From Gordius albopunctatus (taxonomy: Eukaryota), in contig OZ193909.1 in the NCBI GenBank assembly GCA_964276515.1, positions 16,058,001 through 16,122,000 on the forward strand: 64,000 nucleotides of DNA. Direction: 5' to 3'. Below are positions 26,601 through 41,900 of the stretch, in pieces. Position 1 is the first letter of the stretch. The number at the start of each line of letters is the position of its first letter. The translations under genes were made by a program, and so were the position numbers. The notes beneath the pieces are model-generated. The model made no database searches. It was not told the origin of the DNA and was given only the letters and a program-made list of their open reading frames with translations.

Positions 26601-28090
26601 TCTTAGCAAAATTCATAAATAATGACTGTTTACTTCAATCTCTCTGACTTTTATCGAACTTTGATCGATTTTGGGGGCAGAACTGAGTATATGATCACCC
26701 TTCACTTTTCCCTCTTAGTAAAATCTGTCTTTTTGGGCACCCTAACCCATGTGGTTAGAACTCTCGCCTCTTCTCTTTCTCCCACTCTTTTAAGGTTGTG
26801 CCCTGAAAAAAAGTATTAATTTGCCCCTGTAAGTGGCGGGGGCGTGTTTGCATTTAAAAGGGCGAAACACATGTGTTTTTTGTGAGCTCTTGGCTTGGAT
26901 CATTCGTAATAATAAGGAGATGTTTTAAATTTATTTTATTAGTTGTTTCTCACTAGGTTGTAGTAGTAGTAGAGTAGTTAGGAGTAGATTGTACTGAATT
27001 ACGGAACGAACTCGGGCTCGTTAATTCTTTTGCTGGGCCAGCTAGGCGTGGGACGGGCTATTCTAGCCATAAATTTGGGGAGCAGAAGCTAGGGTTCGCT
27101 TAAACACGTTTTCAGGCTGTGGCTCTTCTTCTTTCTACTTTGCCGCAAACGCAATTTTATTAGAGGGGCGGCCCCGTGGGAGCAGGGAAATTTCTGCCTT
27201 CATTTTATTGCATGAGGTGAGCTAAAAATATCGAAGATCACGGCTTATTTAAGGATTTGCAATTAATCTACAATGAAAAAGATGTTCCCTTTAGTATAAA
27301 TTGCATATTTATCCTTTAATAAATTGTATTCAATTTATCTAACTTCATCTTTTTGATATAAACGCCTAAATTATTTTATACCAATATTAATAGTGATCGC
27401 GTAAAGTTATAAACTAACTTACTGCAATTGTGACTCTTAAAGTTTTTTGGAAAAGCATCGTTTCCCACTTTAAAAATGAACCCAAAGGCCAATTCTTGAT
27501 TTTTTTGTTTAGATTTGAAGGGCACCCTCTTGAAAGAAATTAGGGAGAAAAGCATTTTGCAAAATATTTGCGAAATAAAAGTCTTTTTCACGGAAGCATA
27601 AGTTCACGGCCATTAAAAACCTGTAAAAGTTGGCACGGCAATTATTGAAAAATTACAAGTTGGACAGAACAGGACGGACAACCAAAAGTGAGCTCATAAA
27701 AATTGCATAGCAATCAATAAATTCAAGTTCTTTTTAAGTTTGCTATTGAGATTGATTGCGACTTTGGTGTATTAGATTCAAATGTCGCGCGCCACAATGA
27801 GTCTCACAAAAGAGGGAAAATTATTGATATATCGATTTCCTCAGTTTGATTTGTGGACTATTTGATTGTTTGCTGCAAAATTTGGCTCAATCTGATGCCT
27901 TGATATTGGAGAATAATTGAAAAATGAGTGGTTTGTTGAATATTTTATTAACGTTTTAAGGGGAATATAATTTGGCCCAGAACGCGGTTGGCTGAAGTAA
28001 GTATTAAATCTCAATTATTTAAACTTTTGTCGGTGTGGTGTTTTTATAAGTAGCGCTATTCCCATGGGAAACTATAAATGAGATTGTTAG

Positions 28091-28545
28091 TAGTGATGAT
28101 CAAAACCCAGTCAACTTGAGGGTTCAGGTTCGGCGCCCGAACCTGAACCTGAGGTTGATCCCGAAAATCAACCTGAAAAACCTTCAGGTCAATTTTATCC
28201 CCAACCTGAAACCCAGGTTGAGCTCAGGTTAACCTTATAAAAATCTCTTGTTTTATGCGATAAATTTAAGAATAAATTTTTATTTTACTTTAACTATTTT
28301 CCTTTTTCAAGATGCGTCAAACTTTTTAAATATTTACAATGAAGAAAAAATAGTTTTTGGTTATTATTTAAAAAAAAATAATATTTTTTTTATATAAAAA
28401 TATAATTAAATGTTAAACATGTATATTACTCGATGAAGCCATCTATATGTTTATAAATTTTGGATAAATAAAGTGTTTGGACGAACCTAAAACCGACCTC
28501 AGGTTGGACCTCGGGAAAACCTGACCTAGGTTTTGATCATCACTA
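28091..28545. mobile_element. hAT-type MITE
   Basis: TIR TAGTGATGATCAAAACC; perfect 8-bp TSD ATTGTTAG; AACCTGA subterminal repeats. Confidence 0.88.
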
Positions 28546-28579
28546 ATTGTTAGGCTATTTAGAATGGCGCATTGGTTAG

Positions 28580-28705
28580 TAGTGTTGTAAAAAGGACCTG
28601 GGTTTTGTTTGGTCTGGTCCCTTTTTCAAATTTCGGCTAAACCTAGAGGTCGCGTAAGAAAAAGAGACCAGACCAAACGAAACCCAGGTCCTTTTTACAA
28701 CACTA
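28580..28705. mobile_element. Palindromic MITE
   Basis: TAGTGTTGTAAAAAGGACCTGGGTTT(T/C)GTTTGGTCTGGTC is inverted at the other end; degenerate 8-bp TSD (ttggttag/ttggctac). Related ends at ~4637 and ~32009-32607. Confidence 0.8.
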
Positions 28706-29915
28706 TTGGCTACTTATCGAGCCAGTTATAGTATACTGTTCCTACTCAATCTATCTATATGATTCCTTCCATTACCGGGGTCAAGGCTAGGCTTACTCAC
28801 TCATATATTTTTGCTTGTTGTTTTTTTGTCAGCTGATACGTAGAATGAATGGCTCGGGTCTTCTTTGTAGGAACATTCCATTGATAAAAACTATATTTTT
28901 GATTCTATCGAATGTTTTGTGGTGCCAAAACAGGGGGAGGGACACCCTATTTAGATTGCACTCATTAATTTGGAAGTGTCGAGTCGAGTAATGCCGCGTT
29001 GATATGTGCTTTTTTAAGGATATTCCATTAAGAGAGTGATGAATCGAATAAAGTTTTTTGCCCATCCTAAGTAAATTAATTTAGAATTCGTGGTAAATAA
29101 CGTTAGAAATTAATTATTATTATCATCACACTGGTCCTACTACACAATACCATAATGTGTATTTTGGGTTTCGTAAATTAGACCGGAGCGCATCATAAAT
29201 AATTTATTTACGCTCTTCTACATGTCCACATCGCAATTCTATTAATATGCGAGCCACCTTTGTGCCTGCCTCTCGGACACGATGGCAAGTTTAATTTACC
29301 GTGTTGTCCAAAAGCTGTATACTTTTTTAATTTTGTCATCTCTGCCTTATTATTATACTTGGCTGGGATGGTTTTCAGCGTTAATCATATATAATCAAGC
29401 ACTTGAAATTTAACTCTTTTTAATGTTATTTATCAAAAAAAATGTTAACGTATTTTATAGCACTAGATATGTGTTTTTATACTAAAATGACTTTGTTCTT
29501 CTCAAGTAATAATTTATTTTGGTTTCGTTTTTGGAAAGTAGCATTAAAATTAAGGATTTCCTTTATTCGCTAAGGGCTCGGAGGGAGTGGACTTTATTAA
29601 TGCGTAAGTAAAGTGGGGTCGGGTGGATTATTTAACATTCTATCATCACTTTTGAAAACTTATTCTATCCAAGATATTTGTTTAAATTTAGAAACCGTAA
29701 AACTTGGCACTTTAAACAAAAAAAAATTTTGCAATCGTTGTTTGCCGCTAAATATTTTCCAAAAAATAGGAAAAGGTTGTCCTAAATTAAGATATTCCCC
29801 AATGCCCCTTTAAAGTCTTCGTTGATTTTTAACTCTTTAAAAATATTTATAAAATTTTTGTTAATGAAAATATAACAAGAAAAATTATTTTATTAATCGC
29901 ACTTTTAACACACAG

Positions 29916-32900
29916 ATTTGCGGCAACAACTGAACGAGCAGTTGAAATGTTTGGATCAGAAAGTGGAGACGGAATTCGCCATACTCACGGAAATACAGGA
30001 TTACTTTAAGAAACGGTCCGAAGCCGAGATGGAATATTCCCGAAGCCTGGACAAAATAGTGCGAAACATACAGGCCAAACACAAAAATGAAAAATCCAAG
30101 TTAGATTTATCACTATTAATTCTTCCTATGCAATTTAGAATTATTATTACGCCCCCTTTTGAGGATGTAAAATTTAACATTTCGCCCCCCCCCCCAAAGC
30201 ATTGTTGACCTCCCCCTACTTTAAATCCTGACTACTCCCCTGCAGATATTAACTTTTTTTAAACCCGCATTCTTCTTCTCCTCCTTTATCATCAGTTATT
30301 TGGTCCCGCAGTGTCGTGGGGTTTGTTTTGACGAGTTCCTTCCACCTTGACCGGGTGAGTGCCAGCAGCCATGTCTTGACTAATCTCTCTTTTGTTTTCA
30401 TAACTCCGTCGACTTGCCCGATCCACGTGACACGAGGTCGTGATCCTCTTCATACTATTCGATTTGAATCATTCGTCACCTACGTTGTTTTGACGACCAA
30501 TTTTTTTTGTAGATTAAAAAAAAACATTAAAATAATTCAAATAATTATGCAGACGAGACCATTGGCACCAATACTCACCGTACGCGTGTTGGCAAAATTT
30601 GTTGCATAGGTGCAAGGAGGAAAGCAAAAATCACAGCGCCCTATCCGACCTCTACTTGGCCGTCATAAGTTCTCGCATCTCCCAGATCATGGAAGATAAT
30701 CAGAGGATTCACAAAAAGGTCGAGCCATTTCACTTGATAAAATACTTATAAAAAGTGATGATTCAATTGCGAATAGTTTTTCCAATCTTTCTTATTTTAC
30801 TCTTTTACTCCTATGTTTGTAGTGTAAAGAGATTGGGTTGAAATGCCACGAAGAAATTTTCAAAGTTCTAAACGAACTCAATACCGTGAGTCTATAAATA
30901 TATATGTTTAAATTTGACTTAGTAAGGTAAAAATACATATTTTTGTTAAGATGAATGAAATAAATAAAAAAAGGTAGGTATTCGAAATATTTGGAAAACC
31001 TTCCGAGATTGCTTGCTATTGAATTATATTTACAAATAGTAATGCCGACGTTCTATATCTTATAAAAAAAGATTCGCGATAATCATGGGATAGCAAAAAA
31101 ATTGTTTCCCTATTTTTTTTAAAATGATTTATATACGTCTTGTTGGTCAATGTTGTGATAGTGGTTATATCAATGGGACAGGAAATTATATTATTATAAA
31201 AAGTGTCCTCATCTTTTATAATACGATCATTTACGATTTTTAATCAATATACATGTAGTGGCCGGACTATTTAATGTGAACTAAAAAACTATTGCTAAGC
31301 ACGTCTTTCATAAATTCTATGCTTTTTTGCTTGTGATAATGCATGTTTAACTGATTAGGCCATGAAAACTTACCACTTGTACAATTCGGACTTTAAAATA
31401 GCGGAGCAAAAGTTGAAATTAGCCGAGACTCAGATGAACAAGATTGAGATCAAGGATAAAATAACTGCTTCCAAGAAGAAAATAATCACAAAAACGGGTC
31501 GGGTAAGTGGCCATGAATTTAATTCCTCTTTTTCCCATAAATTTCATTTTTTGTAAAATATTCCTTTTTAATATATTTGTTAATTTTTTCTCAAAGAGAC
31601 AAGAAAAATTTAATCGAAACAAATTGAAAGTTGAAAAATCTCGTAACGAATACATACTGAGCCTGGCTGCAGCTAATACTACTATTCACCGATACTACCA
31701 GGAAGATTTGAACGATCTTATCGATGTAAATAATGACCTCCTCGATCACATTAAAAATTTGTGATTTTGTTAAGTGAATTAAACAGTTTTTCGGCTTGAT
31801 TCTTAAGTTCAGTAATATGAAACTAAAAGATAGTTTTGACCGAGGATCTATATAGTTTACGCAATTAATTTTATCAAAAGCTTAAATATAGGAGACGGCT
31901 ATAATTTCATATACAAAATAATATTTTTTTCTTAATGCTGCGATTCATTTTTTTTAAACAACTAAGAAATGTGGCCCTAAGGTGCCTTTAACTTTTCTCA
32001 TCTCCATTTAGTGTTATAAACACGACGGCTGTGTTTTGATTGATCGACCTTAAGTTTTAGTCGACTAAACATTTCCACTAGCTGTCTGTTGTCACACTAA
32101 GGTGGTCAGCTTCTTAAATATTTGGATGAGGGGTGATGCTCGCCTATCCAGGCCTGACAGCCGTGATGACGATGTGATTTTTTATCTTTTTTGAAAAATA
32201 AGTGCCGGAGGCGGGATTGAACCTGCGAGCTCTTGCTTAAAAGGCTAAACCTTAACCCACTACGCCACCACGATGGTTAAATCCTATTTCTTCGCGCGTT
32301 CAAAAATACCTCTCTTGGTCGATTTGTAAGATAGGCTATGATGCCCGTGCTTATTGATCGCCGCTGTGGGGTCTGCCTTGTGGCCAGTCTTGGCGTGCTA
32401 ACAAATGAGAAGTTGGTAAGGGTAAATGGTGTTCTAGCTCTCAACTTTCAGTTCCAGATGATTCGGAAAACATAAACAGACCAAATTTTTTGTTTGTTTT
32501 TCTTCGTCAACCTCTTGGCTCCGTCGAAATTTCAAAAGCAGACCAGTGTTAGTCTTAGTTGAACCGAAGCTCGACCAAACAGAACCCAGTCGGTTAATTA
32601 CAACACTACCTCCATTCCATAGTAATAGCCTTTATAAAGCCATTTTAGGCCGATGCTTTTTGTTACGCAGCGCTGCTGTCCGATAGGGTTGGAAAGCTGC
32701 GAAAAATGTGCATCTAACTCATAATTCTAGTAAAGTTTTGAAACTAACCTATTTTTGACGGGTGATTTATATTGTGCCACAGTGCAGTTCGATAGGATTT
32801 TTGCCTTGCTTGTCCGGTACCCTTCAACTTTACTTGCAAGGCGAAGATCGCATCCAGTATTCGCTGCAAGAAGGCATCAAGGACATGCTAAAGTCTATCA

Positions 32901-35900
32901 ACGGCCTCGACGCTAAATCGGACAAACAACACTTTCTCGAACTCTACAATTCCGCCTTCCAGCTCCCCAACAAAATTGCATTTCAACACCACAGGGGCGA
33001 TTTAGTAAGACTATTATTAATTAAAAATATTTATTTTATGTTTTATTCTATTAGAATTGATTGGGCAATAGACGTGTGTATTTTTGACTGCGATTTTAAT
33101 GATTACTCTTTCATTTTAAAGCACTTCATTTGGAAAATTGCAACACTTTACTTTGCACCTTTTTTATTAACTTTTTCATAACTCTATTTTATTGTTAAAA
33201 ATCCGTTGACAGTAATACTTTTTTATAACTCTATTTCTCGGGAAACTAACTAAGTAATTTAAAAGTTTGACTGTAAATTAACTACGAATCGAGAACGTCG
33301 CTTTATGTAGCCTAACCCTCTCAGTATTTGATTAGTTATGAAATATTGAAATTGGGCTATTTTTACAAGCAAAAGTAATATTATAGATAGGTGAAATGGG
33401 TCAAAGCTATGTAGGAACATTGAAGCCTAATACATTTTTGCAACTGCAAAAAATTTAGCTTCACTGCTTTAAAATTACAGACTTTTTCGGTATTGATTCT
33501 GTAAGCCGACAATTTGATGATTTTATTTAGCCACATTTCACCCGGCCACTTTTGTGAAACTATTAACTTATTTACACTACAGCCTTTTCCCGTCGATCAT
33601 ATCGTTTTTACTTTAATTCATTAGATTTTATGCCTTTAACCTCTCATATTTTCTATTCTAGCATTATATTATGAACGTATCCACTAAAGACATGTGTTTA
33701 TTTCCTCCGTAATTTCTCATGATATAAAATGGACAACAAATTTTTCAATGTATCTATGATGGGTTCGTTAAATTTTAAAAGGGGAATCGATAGGGTGGGT
33801 AACATACTGTAGCTTTTATCCATCACTTTTACAATGTTCACTCTAGGTAGCCACGTTCGTAGCCGAACCAGAATTTGGTGAGGACCTTAGCATACGGCAC
33901 AAGCAACTAACTGCCCGGCTCACGGCTCTTCGCATAGAAAATGACGAAATTTGGAAAACTCTAGAAACGGCCGAAGCCAGTCTTTTAGCCATGATAACGC
34001 AAGCTACGTCATCTTACAACGTTAATTCCCTGTTTAATTCTCCGGCCGGCGCCACCAATACTTCCCCCGCCTTCGGTCGCAATCAATCGCTCTACAGGGG
34101 ACCTGGTTCGGGTAGGTTTTGTGTGACTCAACAGTTTATTACCTCTCTCTAACTGTAACCGCCGTAAAACAAAAACAAAGGATTTTTTAGGTTTGTCTAT
34201 TTCGTCGAACTTAATGATAATTTTGAATTTAGTGGTGGAGGTTGCCCCTTTACTCCCTTCCTGCACATACATCTATATCTATTAATATGTCGATTTTGAG
34301 AATTATGCGCCGATTTTAGGGGTAAAAGTTGAATGGACTGTCGTTGAAAGTAGCAATCTTTGTTATCTGATATGGTCGTTAGTTTATTTTGACAAAAATA
34401 GCGTAATCTCCCAAAAATTTGACTAAATTGAATTTAATTTAGGACAACGCGAGGATCAACAGTTAATAGCTATACCTCGACGAAATATAACTTTAAATAA
34501 AGCCCAAAATTAATGGCAAATAGTCCTAAATTGTGAATCGAAAATTTACACTTAATTTTTTTTAATTTTTTTTTGCTTAATGTATGCCCATAAAATCTAC
34601 GTTTTGACCATAATTTAACGAATCCTGGAGAGAGAAAAAAGACGAAAACCTATATCGTAAATCTTCGGAACTGTCATCGTTTTGCAGTACCAATTTACTG
34701 ATCGTCCTTAAACTTTTCGTTTTTTGCCAGCCTTAGTGCTAAGCAAAGATCAGAGCAATGATAGTGTGGGGCCCATCCAGGGTTCTGGCTTACCCAGTAC
34801 CACCTCTAGCGCTAGCTTATCAACCACCGACAGCCCTAGTCAAGCGCCCAATGGAAATGTTGTCGTATCCGCCGTACAAATCATCAAGCATAAAACGGAC
34901 CGCCAAGAGACCGAAGAATTTTACCTCAAAGTAAGGACTTGCTACGGGCTGGTTGGTTTGGAGTCTGTAACCATGGCTTTATTTTCCCCTTTTTGCACTC
35001 ACATTTTTAGTCGGTTGTGATTTTGAGTTTTAGGCTTACTCCGGTCTATAAATTTTATGACATTCTACAATTTGCCCCTTCTTCCTTGGCGTACACAAAA
35101 TTAACTAATATATTTTTTAAATTAAAATGCCTTTATTAGGTAAAAAGATGCATAAAATATACAATAAACGAGCATAAAATAATATATACATGAAAAACTA
35201 TTGATCGGATTGGTCAAGAGCCAACAACAAGTGCCATGTGTCGTCGAATAAAGAGTTATATTTTGCTATTAAAATGCCAATTTCTTACTTGATGAAGTTT
35301 GGACGAGCGCGTAGCGGTTAAGATAAAACTAAATCAACAAAATTTAAGTTTAAACATTTTGAGGGGATTGCCGTTAGGTGTCTAGAACTAATTTTTCATT
35401 AAGTTTGCCTGCAAAAATGTTGTGTCGTAGTACGCGTGTGTATTCCTATTAAATTAATACATTTTGAGCAGCAAAGTTAAGAGTTTAAGTAAATAGTTTG
35501 ATTAAATTTAATTGCCTAAGTTTGATTTAAAGCGTCCCCTTTCCAAATTTCACTTGACATAGGTTATCAGTCTATACAGCCAAAGTAATCACCCCTATAT
35601 TCAATTTAGTGCATCCCAAACATGTAAAAAATGCTAAATATTTAATCCATTTTAAATCACTTAGAGTTTTCCTATAAATGGTTACAATCAAAATAATAGG
35701 TATAAAACTTTTGAAAAAAATTAAATTAAAAAACTTAACAGGCCAAAATGATGAGTTATGATTTTTAAAACACTTTTAATCAATATATAAATAAAATATT
35801 TTTTATGAATTTTGAGGGCAGGGAGAGGTTGATTTCTCCAACCCTCATTTTTAATTAATTTTAACAATTGTAAAATTCTTTATCCGAGCGGTCGCAATTT

Positions 35901-38900
35901 TTTTTATCTAAACCGTGCCTAGAAATTCCGAGAATACTTGCTGAGCGGAGACCTGATAGCCCGACTTCAAACCAAATTCACCATTATTCACCACGCCGTT
36001 CAAGAACTGGGTCCCGAGGTGGACCTCAATAAAATGAGTTTGCCCTCGCAAACGCCCAAGAAAAAGCGGGTTATTGGGCAAGGAGGCCAAACTTTTAGCG
36101 GCCAAAGGCCCAAACTTTTTGGTGGCAGCCTCGAGGAATATGTTTTGGTGCGTTTTTGGCCTTCCCTATAATTATTAAAAGTCGTCCGAATCCATTTAAT
36201 GTTTCTCAGCTTCTATAAACTTGAGTCAAAAAGTTAATTTTGCGTGAAAATCTTTTGTAAGAAGGTTTTTGTTTAAAAGCTCTTATAAGATCCCCACTTT
36301 AATGTAATCTGTTTTAATCAGACTTGCTTTATGGATTTATACCTTTTTTAAAATAATATCGAAAAACCCTCTTTTAGCGTTTTACTTGTAAATAATTACA
36401 CTTTTAAAGGGTTTCATATTAATAACATATAGTTTTCAATATGTTTGAAACGTACAGGCCACCGGACAAGATATTCCCCTAATTATGCTGAGTACCATTC
36501 GAGTCATCAATTTATACGGTAAATTTATCGTCTTTTTTCTAATCTAATTTTTAAATTATATCAAAATTATGATGAACATTTTGTCATAATATTTACATAC
36601 AGGTCTACATCACCAAGGCATTTTTCGTGTTTCTGGATCGCAAATCGAAATCAACGAATTCAAAAACGCTTTTGAAAAGGGTACTACAAACACAGAAACG
36701 AGATCTTGATTGGAATCTCATCTTGAGCAACAATTTATTTAAGAAATACAATCACAAAGCAATCAGTTTTTCGCACTTTAAAACAAAAATTTTATCATAA
36801 AGTTTATTTTTACGCTGCCCAAAATATTGAAATGAATACTTGATTGAGCTGCATTGAGAATCTTCTCAAAATTTGTGCCTTATCTGTAAAACGGATTAGA
36901 ATCAATGTTGAATTCCTTTAACTTTTAATTGTTGAAGTTTCAATAATGTGTCTGCTATAGATCTTTATTTTTAAATGTAGATATCTTTAAGAAACTGAAG
37001 GGAAATTTTTATATAAGCATTTATTCTTTAAATCCTGAAAATTCACTTTGTTTACGACCTAACGATGCTTAGCTATTTATAGTTGGGTTCTTCATATTGG
37101 GAAATTTATAATCATTTTCCAGCGACTTACCTGTTTCAATAGAAGCCTATTTTTATGTAAAAAGTGACATTAAAGCGCAATTTTCTCATTAATTAATATG
37201 TGGATTTATTAAAATTCTAACAATTATTTTAATATAAATAGATGTTGTTGATAAACTTTTCTTATAGGCGAAGATCCTTTGGTTGACGTGAAGGACAGTC
37301 GTGACATCAATTCCATAGCTGGTGTCCTGAAACTTTACTTTCGAGAGCTGAGAGAACCCCTCTTCCCCATTTACATGTTCGATCAACTAGTGGGTTTAGG
37401 CTCAAAAATTGTGGCCAATAAAAGTGCAAACACCACCGGCAATAATGCCACCCTTCCAAATCCCGAGGTTGGTCTAGAGTTGCTAATGGGCAACCCTTTT
37501 TTATTTGTTTGCGCCACGCTAAAGTCTGACTGAATCGCCTTAACTTTGTTCCCAAAACTAACACGGAATATTTATTTATAAAATAAGGGTTGACTTGAAA
37601 TAGTTTTGATCGTTGTTTTTACTCGTTTTCGCGTGATTTTTTGACACGATTTATATGCATTTATCGGTTATTTTTTTAGCATTAAACGAATAATTTTGGC
37701 AGTGAAAGGAGTAATAAGTAATTTTATCGGACCGTTCTACCGTATAAAATAAATCAATTATAAATGAGTATGGAGTGTTCTTGAGCCACTTGATAATAAT
37801 AAGTCTTGTGTCATAATGATGCAATTTTACAAGGGGTAGAGCGGATGAAAGTTCCTCACCTCGTATTATAAAAGAGACCTTAGGGCAAAAATTTTGGAAA
37901 TCGTTCACATTCTCGGGACTTTTAAATATATTCAATCTCCAAAAAACTTGTAATTTCGCTCTTGCCTTTAATAAATCACAATCATGTTATAAATTCCAAC
38001 AATTTATAACGTAAGAATTCACAAATTTTGTATAGCAAGACCTTAGGTATATTTAGAGATTCTAGCTCATAATAGAAAGCGTGAAACAGTTTTTAACCTG
38101 TTGTTTTGATCTTTTTCAACACCTGTTCTTCACTTTTTTTTCCAATGAACATTGCTCAGTTCGGACCGTCTCGAGAAAGCATAGCCCAGTTGAGGGACCT
38201 GTTAGCTACTCTGAGTAAACCGGTTTACGTAGCTATGCGCTACCTCTTCGCCCACCTCAATCATTTATCGGAATTCAGCGACGAGAACATGATGGACCCC
38301 TACAATTTGGCCGTTTGTTTTGGGCCAACGCTATTACCCGTGCCCAGCGATAGGGATCAAGTTCAATACCAGGCTTCCGTGAACGAGCTGATGCGGGTTA
38401 TAATAACCCGCCAAGACGAAATTTTCCCGGTTAGGAAGAAGAGTGGGTCTACCGTTGGAGCGGCAACCAATGCTGAGGGTGTTTAAGATTTTACAGACCA
38501 TTACATATTGTGATATTTTGCCTGATAAAATAGTTTAAATGGAGATGAGGTATTGAATTGAACGGCGTCGTGTTACATTAGTTAACGCATGTGGTCGTTT
38601 ATGCGAATAACAGCTTCGATTTGAGGAGCGTGAGGGGTATTAGTGCAAAGGCTTAGGTAATTCGTTTCATCGATTTTAAATTTAATGACGTGAAACTTTT
38701 AAAATGTGGATAAATCTGTAATGGATTAGTTACATTTTACAATAATGAGTTGTAAACTTGGCCAACCATGAATATACCCCGTATGCCGTAATTTGCTCAT
38801 ATTATGCGCTGTTAATTTGTTGAAATGCCCCCTAGGTTTTTTGAAGGATACGAATTATCATAACCCTTAAAACATTTTAGCCTGTTTTTTAGCTACTTTT

Positions 38901-41900
38901 TGAGTTGTGGGCGATCTCAAAAGTGGAAATAAATGTAAAACGCCTTTGCGCCACAACACCAAATTAGAAATAATTTACAAGCTATTTATGTTAAATATAT
39001 CGTCTATGTTTTTTATTCAGTCGAGCTGGGGAGCAATGACTATTACCAAGACGAGGGTCCCTTTTACGACAAATACTTAGTGTACAACGAACAAATGGAG
39101 GAAGAAGAAGAGGAGGACATCTTGAAAGCATCAACCGTTGGAGCTCCTACCCTTACCAGCACACACAGTTTCACCTCTCTCGTTTCGCAGGGTAGCAATT
39201 GCCCCCAGCAGCAACCACTCGTTAAGGGGGGATCCTTTAGGGTATATAATCTTTTACACGGCTTTTTTCACCTTTTAAAAGCTGGGGAAAAACTTTTAGA
39301 AGCGTAGGTCTATGACGTTAAAAAATGGTAACCAAACAGAGCATGGCCTAGAGCCTAGCAAAGTCAAGCTTTTTACATCCCCCCCCCGTCTCTGAAATTT
39401 TTTATTTATAATCTAACAAAAAACTTTTTTATAAATTTATACCATAAAACTCGTCGCAAATCGTTTAAATTCCCTCCAACTTAATAAAATTACTGTCAAG
39501 CGTTATTTTTTTAACGAGCTGGAATGGTATTGGCTTCCTAAAATTTTGAAAAAGTCTCTGGCTAAAAACATCTTTCAATGGAATTTATATTGAAAATCTC
39601 CAATAGTAAAGGACGAATGCGTTTATTCCATACTGTCCTGATGGGATAACATTTTATGCTGTATGCGATATCTGTAAAGTATACAACATCACGAAAAAAG
39701 AATGATTTACATCGATAACAGTAATTAGTGTTATAAAAAAGATGCCGTAAAAGGGTCTATAAAATAGTGTATCTCTGTGTCAATCTTCCTTTTAAGGTTT
39801 ACCACCTCAATTATAAAATGACCTCTCGCTCGAAAAACTTAATTTTAGATTAAGGTGCTTCTTATAGTAGTAAACTCTGAATGTAAAAATGTATTTGGTG
39901 TCAATGGAGGGAGGAGGCATTCTAGTAGTAGGGAAGATTATAATTTTCTATCGCAAATAAAATTTACTTTAAAGCCGAACAATTTCAAAGTTTTTCTTTC
40001 GATTGGCGATTCTAAAGTAAACTTAGAACGTAAAAGATTATTTGTTGCCACAGATCAGCGGTGAAAATGGTGGGAGGAGGCATTCTAGTAGCACGGAAGA
40101 AAGGATATCGACAACCGCAACTACAATGCTTGATTCCGAAGAGGGAGATGAAGACGAGGAAACTTCCGAATTATCTGGAACTGAAAGTTCCGAGCTAGAA
40201 CACCATTTGCCCTTACAAACTTCTCAATTGTTAGCTCGCCAAGGAGCTCTCTTAGCTCCTGGCACTGGCCACAAGGCAGACCCCACAGCGGCGATCAATA
40301 GGCACGGGCATCATAGCCTATCTTACAAATCGACCAAGAGAGGTATTTTTGAACGCGCGAAGAAGCAGGATTTAACCATTGATATGTGCGTTTTTTTGAG
40401 GGGCGTAGTGGGTAAAGGTTTAGTCTTTGAAGCAAGAGCTCGCAGGTTCGATCCCACCTCTACCACTTATTTCAAAATATAAAAAATCACATCGTCATCA
40501 CGGCTGTCAGGCCTCGATAGCCGAGCATCACCCCTCATCCAAATATCTAAAGAAGATGACCACCTTAGTGTGACAAACAGATATTGGAAATTTTTTATGC
40601 GCGTTTTTTGTGACGTTTTTAAGTTATAAATTGAACATTGCTTTGGGTTCCTTATAAAATCGATGGGTTCGGATTGATAAAATAGGTATAAGGAAATGTA
40701 TCTCTATTTTTGTTAGGTTTTGAGCGAATAAAAAGCAGCTTTTAAACTTGACTATCGTTAGCTTTGGATTGTATATATTATTTCCAGTATCGAAATGTAT
40801 TTTTGCATCCCTCAACATTGATGTGTTTTCCTTTCAAAAAATGGTGTTTATATAAACCAAGTCTTTAAGAACAATGTATGACACGAAAAATGCTCTCTAT
40901 ATATCATATTTTTATTTGATGTGTGGCTCTTACTGATATCTACCCACTCTTCGGCGCTTGATTATATATGTGCCTGCTGTGATCTAAAAATCAATTTTCC
41001 TTGGTCGCCACCTATAAAACAGACCAAATAAATCGTATTGCAAATAAATTTTTAATTGCTATGCAATTTATGGGCTCGTTTTTGGTTGTCCGTCCGTCCG
41101 TCCACCAAGTTATTTACACCAGCTTCCCGACCTGGAGGTTGCGGGTTCGAGACCCGGAGAGGACAAAAAAATTTTTTTTTTAAATTAAATTAATATTTTT
41201 TTCTTGTTAATACCATTGATAATATGACTTTTTGACCGTCCGCTGGCTACTGACCAATGAAAAAATGAACATTGGCCAAATAAATCCTAATTTTTCGTTT
41301 TTCCTTTTTGAATAAGTTAACATTGATAATTGAAAAAAATTACCATTGGCCAAATAAATCAAAATTTTTTGTTCGTTTTTGAATAGGTTAACATTGATAA
41401 TTACCCTATACTTTTTAATAATTGCTATGCAATTTATCTAGTTTTTGGGTTAGAATCCCGGAGTTTTTTTTGACTCTTATGATTGTTCTTGTTACTATCA
41501 ATTATAATAAGACTTTTTGGCCGTCCGCTGGCTGCTGACCAATGAAAAAAATGACCATTGGCCAAAATGTGTATCCGAGTTTATTTTTTCGTTTTTTTTG
41601 AATATTATGATTGTTCCTGTTCCTACCATTGCTATTATGACTTTTTGGCCGTCCGCTGGCTGCTGACCAATGGAATAAAATGACCATTGGCCAAAATGTG
41701 ATTCGAAAATTTTTTTTTCGTTTTTTTTTGACTGTTATGAATTTATATCCACTTTTACCGTGTCCTGGCTGCTGACCAATGGAAAAAAATGACCATTGGC
41801 CAAAATGTGAATCGAAATTATTTTTTCCGTTTTTTTTGACTATTATGATTGTTCCTGTTCCTACCATTGCTATTATGACTTTTTGGCCGTCCGCTGGCTG

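Noticed and set aside
32190..32276. tRNA-Lys gene
   Set aside because: The acceptor stem does not pair and the head is attached to a body found three times in the window, so it is a SINE.
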